64,000 bases of DNA from Gonapodya sp. JEL0774 (taxonomy: Eukaryota), in the NCBI GenBank assembly GCA_027604505.1, contig JADIIX010000070.1, positions 1-64,000 of the forward strand. Direction: 5' to 3'. The notes below the pieces were generated by a model that did no database searches, was not told where the DNA came from, and saw nothing but the letters and a program-made list of their open reading frames with translations. Below, piece by piece: positions 51,870-64,000 of this stretch. A program made the position numbers and the translations under genes. Each line of letters opens with the position of its first letter. Position 1 is the first letter of the stretch.

Positions 51870-54795
51870 ATGCTATTCCTTGCCCTGCTCTCGACAACCT
51901 TGGTGATGGTGGGTGATGCCCACGATGGTACGTTCAACATCCTACCATTGTGTTTCCCGTTCCACCGACATATTGAGAAGAACACAATTAGTAATTTCCC
52001 TTTTTTAGCCGCCTTTACCGCCTCATCTCTGTCCAAACGAGCCTATTTGGGCGTAGCCGACCTCCAGTACTGCAATGGCCAGGGTGCCATCATTCCTACT
52101 GCATGGACATGTTGTCCCACAGTGATTGGGTGAGTGTACTGAACTGGACAGTTTCCTTGGACTCCTTTGAGGCACATTTGTTCTCCTCTCTGCATTCCTT
52201 CTCGCTGGTGCATCACTGCATCGAATCCAATACCACCGAAAGATGTCCCGCAAACACAACCTGCAACGTGTCGTCCTGCTCTGGTGCGTGCCCGGCACAG
52301 TGTGACAGCGTCTGCACAGAGTGAGCGCCTAGCTGCTGAATTAGGTTAGACTGAGATTCTGTGCGCCACACTGACGAGTTCTGTCTGCACCTGGTACTGC
52401 AACTGCGTATGCTGCTTCAGCTTCATGGGTGAGTTGCCTCGAGTAGACGTGTGAGATTTCCTTCTCATTTAAGTTCGTATTGGTACATCGGTCACATTAA
52501 TAAGCATAGACGAGTGAGCATCATTCGAGACTACATCGAACGGACTTGCTGCTTAATGTGAATTCTTCTTGCACTCCGTTCTCGCAGCTTCAACAATTGC
52601 GGAGGCGTGAGTTTGGGACTTAGAACCCTCGCTTTGCCTCTATTCACACCACACTCTCTTCACCCGCGAACAACATTACACCGTAATCTCCATAAATATT
52701 ATGCGTGAACTTCAGTGCGGTAACAAATGGTGCGTATTTTGACTCCTGCGCCTCGCGTTTCTGTGAACCAACGTCGCCTTGTCTTCCCACCACCAGTATA
52801 AACCGTGATACCGCGCCAGTCTACTCTCATTCCTTTTGTAGGCAAGGAATATGTATGATGGGGTGTTTCTCTGGCTACCATCTTACCGAATCAGGACTCT
52901 GCGGTTCGTTGACGATGGCTGTCGTTTCGTTTATCCCCAGTTCTGCAAGAATTTTTATTCTCCCCATTGGTGCTGTTTAGCTGGAGAGCTCGCAGCCCAG
53001 TGCTCTGTCAACTCTCAGTGCTTCGGGAATCTCACGTGCTCTCAGTCTCGATGCGGATGTCCAGCAGGACAAGAAGCCTGCAACGACAATCGCGCCTGTT
53101 GTAATATAACAAAATCCGCAAACTCCCCCGAATCATCCACCCAATCGACGTTCCTGACTCTCACACAATCTACTGTAAACTCTACAACCACACCTTTGAC
53201 TTCGGGGACTTCTTCCGTTGCGTCACCTACAACTAAGGTTGTACCTGCAGGTCCTCTGGTGGGACAGTATGGCGGTGCTTGTGCCTTAACAAGAGTTCCT
53301 TGCGCTCCCCCATTCACGTGCATACACTCTGCAAGTGAGGATTCAAGACTTTGGTCGGTAGCGGCGTCGATTCTTTCAAACTGTTGACTTCCCGACCACC
53401 AGCACCCGACGGCACTGATCTCTCACATTGCGCTTGCCCGCTAGGGCAGGATCTTTGCGCCGGAGACAGCAGTGCCTGTTGCAATGTTTCTGATGGTAGT
53501 TGTGAGTATGTCTCGGACACTTTCAGTGACGTCGCATCTGGTGATTCCCCGATTTCTTGCTAAACATTGAACAGCAGCGTCAAGTCCCCCGAGTAAGTGT
53601 AAGGCTTTGAGTTGCTTGAATTAGGAGATCCTTTGCGATGAGTTATCCATTGCTGTGTTAAGTGACTCCCACTGGCCTGAATGTCGTTTCCGCAGTCACT
53701 CCAACCTCAAACCAAACTGGTGCCATAGTTGGTGGTGTGTTCGGTGGCCTCCTTGCGCTTGCGATTTTGACGGGAGGTTTGGCTATGTTCTTACGACGAA
53801 GATCGAGGAAGCAGGGGTTTGTGCGCAGATTCAGGTTTGGTGGTAAGCTCCCCCTCAGGAACCCAGCAACTGATCCCAATACAACTTAACAGCTTCGGGG
53901 ATTCTCTCAACTAGGAAGCGATTTTGCTCAACCTGCGTACCTTTCTCGGGGTCGAGGATTCACTGTGGCAGAGCTGGACGACCATGTCCCGGTTGACCTG
54001 GACCTGGTGGCCCCCAAGCGCGCTGTAGGTGCCCCGCTTCGCAGGGCACGCTCACTCTGGACTCCACCGGTGTCCTCCAAATTGCCGCGATCTGGACCAC
54101 TTATGGCTCCTGAAACAGCAGCTGCTGTTCGCCCACGGCGTCTATCTGTTGATGCCGGAAAGACCAGCGTAGGGGCTGTTAAGGAGGGTTGGGCGACCAT
54201 GAATGTAGAAGTTGCAGATGATGGAGGATCAGTGAGTTCGCGAAGGATTGAGATTGAATTCGAATTGTTCCTCGACGCGACCATCGTTCCAGGTTGAGCC
54301 AACTAGGAATATAGACGAACATTGGCTCTTCAGGAGACTTGCCGAACCCCTGGGATCATTGTCAGCGTTGAGCGTAACGTATACTGGTACAGACCGGTTG
54401 GCCCGGTCACAATTTATACCCAGTGGGGGTAGAGATGAGATTGCATTGAATGCAGGAGACCACATTTCGATTAAGGAAGTGTTCCGAGACGGCTATGGGA
54501 TGGGCTGGAACAGGTCCACCCAAACTTTTGGGATGTTCCCTCTGTAAGTGCCCCTCCAATCGCTGCTAACTTTGATGTTCTTAATTTATCTAAGAAATTG
54601 TTCAGTGACTACTTAACATTTGAGGGAGCTCCAGCAGATCAAGCTGAAAAGCCTATACGTCCTCTTCGTACTGCCTCCAGCACCATGAAGATTCACTCTG
54701 ATGTGTTCATGGAACGTGTGAAGATAAAGGCAGGGCAGTCCAAGTTTTCACCCGAGCACATAATTTCTCCCTCCTCATCAATGAACGGTCCTTGA
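51870..54795 (+). CDS. Receptor-like protein A: signal peptide, Cys-rich ectodomain, S/T stalk, TM helix, cytoplasmic SH3
   Basis: MLFLALLSTTLVMVGDA; KRAYLGVADLQYC..; TM GAIVGGVFGGLLALAILTGGLAMFL followed by RRRSRK; SH3 FIPSGGRDEIALNAGDHISIKEVFRDGYGMGWNRSTQTFGMFPL|DYL. Confidence 0.8.
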
Positions 54796-55247
54796 GATCT
54801 CGGTTGAAACAAGCATTCACTTTTATTGTGATTTATCACGGCTTCTCTGTCTCGTGGAAAGATATGTCAAGTTACACCAAGTAGAAATATAGCGGATGTA
54901 GCATTCTGTATTTATACAGGTATCCATACCAGAACTGCACGAAGTGTCACGGTTCAATTCACAGAGAGATATCAATATTTCTTTCGAAGTTGACGCAAAG
55001 TACATTAATCTATCAACTTGCGACGCTTCCACCAGGGAAGCGGCCCCGTCCCGTCCCTAAGAATACGCGGGTACATTCAACTAAAAGTGCAGGGGAGATG
55101 CAATACATACAGCAAGTCGAGTGTTCGCATAGTGTCCCATTCGCGCTCTCAACAGTTGGATTCCATAAAGACAACATTGCGCTTATGTTCCGATTCTCTT
55201 CGTTCTCCGCGCATAGTCCTGAGTTCATCTAAACATCATTTAGTTCA

Positions 55248-57685
55248 TTACATTCGCCTGCTCTGCGCGGGTCGAAGCACTTGGGTGCCTCCAGGGAGTG
55301 GAGCAGTGGTCTGGAGGAGGGAATTCAAGAGCTCTTGAGTACAGTGACACCACACCCTCACGACAGATCGCCTTAGTGATCTGAGACTCACTGAGTAAGC
55401 ATATCTATCTGGACTAGACATCTCCTGACTGTTTGACGTGGGCATCAAAGTCGACCCACTGGAGTTACCCTTCCGCAAAAACTTGCTCTGCCCCGTCCTC
55501 AGTCTCTGCCGCTCCGTGAGTACAGAAGATTGGGTTGCCAACGTTTGCGAAACGAATCGATCCATACGAACAGACGAGCGAGCACTGGCTTGAGGAACAC
55601 CGAGGCTTGCAGCGGCGATGTTGAGGTAAAGAGCATCACTACAGAAAGGAGGGACAAGTTTGCCATCATCAAAACCTGTGTGCATGAGCTCATCTTCGAC
55701 TCAATCAATATTTGCTTACAGCGGCAGAGCTCCAAAGCCTTCAGTATCACGGTTCCATCCTACAGCCCAGCCATCTCGGAACACATCACGAAGCTCAACA
55801 GTCTGGCCAGGGAATAGGGACATCTCGTCCGACGCCCCTGCTTCGTACTAGATAAATGGTAATGCTGCGTTAGTACCTGGTTCCCAATCAGGCATCAACA
55901 ACGGCGCAAAAAAGAACTCACAGCAGTGTGTACTTCAAGAGGCGGCCCCGTGTACGGTACACTCTGCTCCCCAAGCTTCCCTTGCTGCACAGCTAGCTTT
56001 TCAAACAACCAGTGCGGTGGTGGTTGCCCGTTTGCAAGAGCACCCGGTGCTATCGACGGCGGCGGCCCCTTCACATTCACCATGGTTGTTTGAGGTGCTT
56101 GACTCGGCGGTGGAAGCGGCAGGGACGGATCGTCCTGGTACTGCATCGAGTCTTCATAGCGTGGCATGGCCACCGTCTGCGGCTGAGTGAACGCATAAGG
56201 CGCCATGCTCTTTGGAGCTCCACCATAGGCTCCTTGTGGGTGTTGAAGGTTTTGTTGTCGACGACGGGTGTCGTTACTTGGAGAGACGGAATATCCACGT
56301 GATACCGCATCTGGGCGGGAGGTGTGCTGCCGCCCCAGGTTGTGGGTTGGTTGAGGCATGTCATACGCCTCGTAAGATTCGTAAGATTGAGCATACGAAG
56401 GGGACATGCGAGAAGGCGACATTCTCGTGGACTCTGCAAGGAAGAAGGAGGCTTAAGTTCTTCCTACCAAGCTTCTTTGTCCAGCGAATCCACTCAGATA
56501 CGCACCCCTGCTCCGTTTTCCCTCTTCCCATTGCTGATAATCCATGGGCTTGGGCCTCGTCTTCTTCCCACCCTTGCGAGTACAGAGCACACAGAGCACG
56601 ATCAGGGCGATACCTCCGACACCTCCGCCTATGGTAGCAACGGCCCACACAGGGAGAACACCGAAAATAAGGTTATTTTGCGCGCCGGCACTAATCGTGG
56701 GGCTGGTGGTGGGCGAAGTGGAAGACGCGGAGGAGGCTTTCATAAAGGACGGTGATTGGTCAGAGAGCGATACAGCAAAAAAGGAAACCATGTGGAGGTG
56801 TAAGCAGTCGTGTACAGGTTCAACAATTTGTCGGAGATTGAGTGCTCTGGTGATGCTCAGCGAGTTGCGCAGGTTTCAAATCTTGACTGTCAAGGTTTTC
56901 ATTCAAAGTCATCAAGTATTCGGCGCCTCCATCGAGGTAGCAATTGTCTCCTGCAAACAGTAGCAGGGTGACTAACTGTGGTCATCCTCAGATGTTCCGT
57001 AGAAAGCCAACGCTTTCTTGATAAGACCCAACATGTGATGTGTTGGACATTCCACTTATCCTCTCTGAATAATGCGGTGTGTCATAGAAGAGTTCAGATA
57101 CTCACAAGCTACTGTAGATGACATGGTTGTTGAAGAACTCGAAGCTGAGGTGGTGGTTGTGGAAGAACTTGGGACACTGGAACTATCTGCTGAGAAATGC
57201 CGGAGACATACAAAGTGGGAAGAGTCAACACATAAGTATTTTCAATAAATGAAGATTGACCGTCGGAGCTCACCTGTCGTCGTGGACGAAGGAAGTGGGT
57301 CGGCTGTTGGATGCAAGTCCATCGCAAAGAATTGAGAAGGAACGAATAAGCAACTCTCTCCATGGCAAGAAGTACGTACGAGAAGTGGTTGTCGTGACAA
57401 CTATCGAGGAGCTCGTTATGACGGAGGAAGCTACGGCACATGGTAGGCGGTTTACTCTTCTGTGGTGTCCAGACAGCCCACGGACATCGACTCACACGCC
57501 ACAGACGAAGAGCGGCTTGACGAAGACGATCGAGTGGTAGAAGATGAGGCTCGTGTTGACGACGCTGTCCCATCAGTTGTGGAACCAAGAATGTCGCTCA
57601 AAGACAGGAGCTGGGCGTCCGCTTTGGGTAGCATCAGCGCCAGAATGAGTGAGAGCACTAGAGCGATGTACAGCCCAAGTCGCAT
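55248..57685 (-). CDS. Receptor-like protein B: signal peptide, S/T-rich ectodomain, TM helix, Pro-rich linker, cytoplasmic SH3 (3' end approximate)
   Basis: MRLGLYIALVLSLILALMLPKADA; TM VWAVATIGGGVGGIALIVLCVLC followed by TRKGGKK; SH3 VHTA|YEAGASDEMSLFPGQTVELRDVFRDGWAVGWNRDTEGFGALPL|DAL (exon missing from the ORF track). Confidence 0.8.
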
Positions 57686-58297
57686 TTCTGGTCCAGTTTA
57701 TTTTGTCCGGGAGATCGAGCGGGAGCGGTTTTGGGCGACAGGTTCCAAAGGTGTCGCGGAGACCCCATTGACCACCCACCCACAAAGACACCAGGCGCAA
57801 CGAGGAGCGATGATACAAAGAAGGTTTGGTGAGAAATCATGAAATCGAGCAGGCGGTTCCCCTGACAGAACTTTCCAAATCTGGAACACGCCAAGTTTCG
57901 TTCCCGACCAACATTTTATCACCAGCTCACCTGTAGACAGTCTCCGCAATGTCCGATGTGTCCTGGTAATCTTCTGTCCTCCCGATATTCGTGCGCCAGC
58001 CACGGGAGTCCAGGACGGCATCTTCTTCTCTTTGTTGCGGGAATCCACAATTTGGGAGGGTTGCCTCTTTTTTTACTCACCGGTTCTTTCAAGACCCTGC
58101 GGCATCCAAGCAAGTGGACAATTTGCCCCAAAAACTTCGCTTCTTTCCCACCAGCATGTGGCGTGAAAATGCTTTGTTCTTCAATTCCTCTAATAATTGA
58201 CAGTAATATCATGGTGTGTGATTGCATGGCGAGCGCGGTATCTCATTGTGACATCACTGTAGAACGCAAGCGCACCTAATTCTTCTGGCCTAGTCTC

Positions 58298-59572
<1,275 letters not shown>

Positions 59573-60249
59573 TCGTTTCGTTGTCCCACCAGCCTATGCG
59601 TATGATACATATGTACATACTCTTTACTTTCATATGTGAAATAGCCATCTTCGGACCCTCTCCTTGTATCGTCATCCTTGTTTCATCACATCGAAGCTGA
59701 GAACTGATACTGCAAAATAGGAACAAATGAGAAAAATGGTTTGGCAACTCCCCCATCCCGCCTCTCAATCTCGCCACGATCAGGATGAAGTGTTTCAAAG
59801 TTTGTGAAGCAGGTCGTATTAGCTAGCGTGCCTGCTACCCACTACTTGCCGGTTTCGACGGTTTACAAGCAGGGCCAGGGCCTGGTGATCTTCGTATCCA
59901 CAAAATATATTCGGCTGTAACCCCAGTATCGAGATCGGCGCTCGGCTCTCGACGGAGTGCGGCTCACTCGGAAAACCTCTCCGAGGTAATGTTAGCTCGG
60001 TCCGGTCGGTGGTCGATGTCGAACCGATTGGAAAACACAAACGGGAATCCGCCTCCGTTCAGAAATGTCTTTGTAACACCGTTCCACTCTTCCTCTCGCA
60101 GAGCGATTTTCTTGAATACATTGATCGTGGTTCGTGTGGTGGAACAGTGGTGGAACTGTCGGGGCCATTCTCTTTTTGATTGTCCTTGGTGAGCGGATAC
60201 CTCCCAATATATCTTGACTCGCCATATTCCTTGGGAACCGTCACAATGG

Positions 60250-62967
60250 ACCATGGTCTGTGTAAACATTCTCCCATCCATCATCTACTTGGGGGATCGT
60301 TTCCAAGCTTGGGGCTCATCATTGCTTCGGATTCGTGCCTTTCCCAGCCGCCATCCAGCCATCCGTAATGCTCGGTCACTCCACCTACCCCATATCCCGA
60401 CGAGCTTATCTCGGCATCGCACAGCTCTCCCCATGTGGTCCTGGCTACATGGCCGTCGAAGGGGTGTGTTGCGGGAGTTCTGGGGCGTGGTGCCCCGCGG
60501 GAAACACCTGCACCAATAACGTATGCACCGGATCATGTCCAGTTGTCTGTAATGGAGTGTGTACAGAGTGAGTTCCTAGGATGGGTTCTTAGGATACAAT
60601 ATCTTCATTTACTAATCTCACTTTCAGTACAACTTACGATGTACGTTCGTCCCCTCAACTGAACCGCCAGAGGAATACGTTTCTGACATTCTGTCATGTC
60701 GCTCTCATCTCTCGCATGTTGCTCATAAATTGGCCCTAGTTCAACAATTGCGGCACGTGCGGCAATAAGTGGTGAGCTCGACCCTTTCCGTTCTCGCACA
60801 TCGAGTGAGTGGCCGATTTTGTGACTTCAATTCATATCAATAGCACGGCTCCCACTTCTGGCTTCTCTTACTGCGATAATGGAACCTGCAAGCGAGGTCG
60901 GTGCTTGGTTGACTCCGTGATCCGACTTCTTACAACTCACCAGAAAACACCACCCTCCGGTGCGCTTTCTAGCATGTGCTTCCGGTTTCCAGCTCATCGG
61001 TCTTGCCTGTATCAGCGCTGTCAACTCTTCGTCATCCACTGTCGCTTCGACTGCTCCGACTGTCTCTGTGTTAGTCTCCACATCTGCGGTCCTGGTTCCG
61101 TCGACTTCCGCGGTAGTCGGATCAACGTATTCATCTCCGGGTGCTCAATCTCCCCCACCGGCTGGCGTACCCGTATCCGGCACTTCAAACTCAGGAGGAA
61201 CGCCGTCTGGGGAATCGTGAGATTTGCCATCATATTCGTTGGCACAACCTGTCGCCTGACTGAAACTCCGCTCACTACTCACCTCACGGACAGCGGTCTT
61301 TCCACGGGCGCGATCGCCGGCATTGCGGTCGCGTGCATCGGTGCCGTCGTTTTCTGGATCGTTGTAGCATTTTGCCTCTATCGCCGTATCAGTACCCGCC
61401 GCCTCAACAAGCAATCAGCGGAGCCCACCATTCTCACTTCAAAGGGCCCTGTTGTTTTCAAGGATGGTCTGACCACAACTCAGATGACGGCGGACCAAAA
61501 GGGCTCCACGGGAGTTGTGGCTGGGGACAATTCACAACCGGTTGTGGAGGGTCTGACTGCTCAGCTCCTTGCCCCCGAGGCATCGAGCGCGGCGTGGTCA
61601 AACGGCAGCTCAGTAAAGTGGGTTGCGTAGCCGCGCAGCATCGAGTTGGTGCTGAGTTTCGCATGCTGTTGTAAATTTGCATGTAGCACATCGGTACACT
61701 CTCCAAGCGCCGTTTCGGGATCGTCTGATGGCGCACAGTGAGTGGACGTTTTGTTTTTGCATTGCGAATATGATGGACTGACAAACCCCGCCCCTAGAGC
61801 GTCTGCAAATCAGTCGAACTCCGGAGCAGGATCGTCGAATGACATTGTAGCCTCCACCGCGGAACCAACGGGTGTCCTCGTTGCAGCTCCTACAACGGGC
61901 AGTGCGCCAACGATTGCTCCACATGTGAGTTGTCTCTGTCGCTGATCTTTGATGCGCATTCTGGAAGCTGAGTTGATGCATCGTCATTTTGTTTGATAAT
62001 TTTTATTGATATCTCCACGAACGGCGTGTTTCGCTCTCGGACTCCCTGAATACAGTGGTTCTTTGCGCGGATCGCAGGGCCGGTCGGAAAATCCAACGAA
62101 GAGAGTATTCCTTACAGGGTGAGTTGGCGCACAGTTCTATGGATGATTTCTTTACGTGCTTTCTGAATGGAGCGTCGTTCCAGGGTCCGCCTGTTCAAGT
62201 GACCGCGATGGTTAGTTTGATCTCCTGCATATCTTCGGATCTCCGGCTGAGCAACAATTTTCACATGTAACACCGCCTCCTTCGTTTATCAGCACAATCC
62301 TATGGCCGATGATGAGATGTTGATCGCTCCCGTGGGTATCAGCATATTTGTTGTAGAATCGTGGACTTTTGATGTTCATATGTTTTTTTGGGGGGGTCAC
62401 TCATAGGGACAACTCGTCAACCTGCAACTACTTTTCAGAGATGGTAAGTTGGTGCTTGGACGGATTGGGTGTGTGATGTAACTCTAAACTCCGTGGCTTC
62501 TCCTCTTGCTATGCATTGCTGTATGTAGGCTGGGGTATCGGAACAAACGTCAGTGAATCTGCCTTCGCGCTTATGTGCCCGCACATTGTGTGTGTTGAAC
62601 TCTGGTAACCCAACAGCTCTCAAACGGATCGTTTGGTGTTGTCCCACTTGATTGTCTTCGCCTCGCCGACTTTATGCCACTGCCCCCAGGCGTCATGGTC
62701 GGCGTTCCAGCGTTTCGACGCATTTCAAACACTGTTGCAGCTCGATCTCAGATTTATTCCTACCGCCAAGCACAACCAATGTCTGGCGCAACCGAAATTG
62801 GCACTCCGATTTCGTACGGTGTGTTCTTTCCGCCGTCGACCACAACCCAGGACGTTACCAGTATTTCATCGTCGATCCAAATGGTGAGCACGCTCGTTTT
62901 GAGGATTTGGCCTCAGACACCTCCGATTTTGCTCACAACCCTTTGTTTCACCAGAGTCTCCCACTGA
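60250..62967 (+). CDS. Receptor-like protein C: Cys-rich ectodomain, S/T stalk, TM helix, SH3 assembled from micro-exons (start and end approximate)
   Basis: RRAYLGIAQLSPC..; TM GAIAGIAVACIGAVVFWIVVAFCLY followed by RR. Exons 62056-62118, 62184-62210, 62293-62331, 62407-62443, 62529-62548 and 62617 onward splice in frame to WFFARIAGPVGKSNEESIPYRGPPVQVTAMHNPMADDEMLIAPGQLVNLQLLFRDGWGIGTNLSNGSFGVVPLDCL. Confidence 0.8.
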
Positions 62968-63414
62968 CACGCTCTTCTTGAAAAGAGTTTCAAGCTTGGA
63001 TTTTGGATCTATTTCGAACGTAAATTTAATTGACCGAACCATATTATACACCGCGAGAGGGCAGCGGGGTGAATTTTGTCACCGATTCTCGTTCAGCTAA
63101 ACAAATACATAATCTAATGTAACTTTAACTGCAAAGCGCATTCGCATAAAAAAATGTTGTCGATCTGGGCGGCGCCGCAGATTGTGCCTCCAGAAGGGCA
63201 GCGACCCTCACTGTACTGCACGCGAGCGACCCACGATTTCCGACACATCGCACACCCCAGAAAGGCTTAGCTGAACTCTGACGCTGCTTTATATCATCTG
63301 CTGGCTGCTGGACACGGCCGGCATCGTCGCCATTTGCCGTTCTCCCCGACACCCGACACAACATCATTGGCACTTTTCAATTTCAACCACTTCCTCCCAA
63401 ACAATACCCTTGGC

Positions 63415-64000
63415 ATGAGGATGCACTCAAACTGGATGTGGAAGCTTGCACTGGTAGTAAGCGTTACCTTGCTTGGGACTAGAGAAGCTGAATGCTCATT
63501 GGAGACACTGAACATTGCGAGTTTCCGTCAAAATGGTGGGTTTCAACCCAACTCAGATCGAGGGGACTGTTCATCTCATCTCATTTTCCATGTTGTGACT
63601 GTGTGGTGTGCATTTGGCTTCTTGCTCCGGAAAACCCAGAACTCATACCCTGGAGGGAGTTAGATGCTGGATCATCGAACCCCATGCGAATCGGAAAACG
63701 TCTCTACAATGGCGTGGCGCAACTGTCTATGTGTGGAACTGGCTATATGCCCGTAGATGCTGTCTGCTGCAGCGCGGGATGGTGTCCAACGGGTACCAAT
63801 TGCACTGGCACGAACTGTGTGGGAACTTGCGCCAACAAGTGTGGAACCATGTGCACCAAGTAAGAACGGAGTGAAGCGGCTACTTGCAAGTGCTCTTGAT
63901 GCTCATAACATTATTTTCGGGTGTTAGCGTCGCATACGACTACCAAAATTGTGGATCGGTAAGAATATTCTGGACCCTCTCGCGTTTTCCCCAACCAATT
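63415..64000 (+). CDS. Paralog D of the Cys-rich ectodomain family, 5' part only (runs off the window)
   Basis: Signal-like MWKLALVVSVTLLG; KRLYNGVAQLSMCGTGYMPVDAVCCSAGWCPTGTNCTGTNCVGTCANKCGTMCTN|VAYDYQNCGS. Confidence 0.75.

Overview
Eukaryotic, intron-rich genomic DNA (short GT-AG introns, fungal-type CTRAY branch sites). It is most consistent with an early-diverging, chytrid-like fungus; that assignment is inference from gene content. The ORF track is fragmented by introns, so gene models were rebuilt by hand and boundaries are approximate where stated. About 19 genes are supported: DHH1/DDX6, a DYRK1-like kinase, RPN3, a PCID2/Thp1-like PCI protein, a RING-TRAF zinc-finger protein, an AA7/BBE-like FAD oxidase, a zf-CHY protein, UBC4, a small CsbD-like protein, a C5orf34-like protein, an Ariadne RBR E3, a plant GLB3-like truncated globin, a DHA1 MFS transporter, a large PPR-like/Smr-like/SRI protein, SUP35, TMEM19/DUF92 and a cluster of receptor-like genes at 51.9-64 kb. 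Three observations stand out. (1) Three complete single-pass receptor genes share a conserved 'HW(L/F)F..(L/I)A...G' box, an SH3 domain and an RxxSxT tail, partly built from micro-exons; two of them and a fourth, window-truncated gene share a dibasic-site Cys-rich ectodomain. (2) A spliced fungal truncated globin is colinear with plant GLB3. (3) A PPR-like/Smr-like (TOPAZ1-like) protein is fused to an SRI Pol II CTD-binding domain. No rRNA, tRNA or CRISPR was seen.
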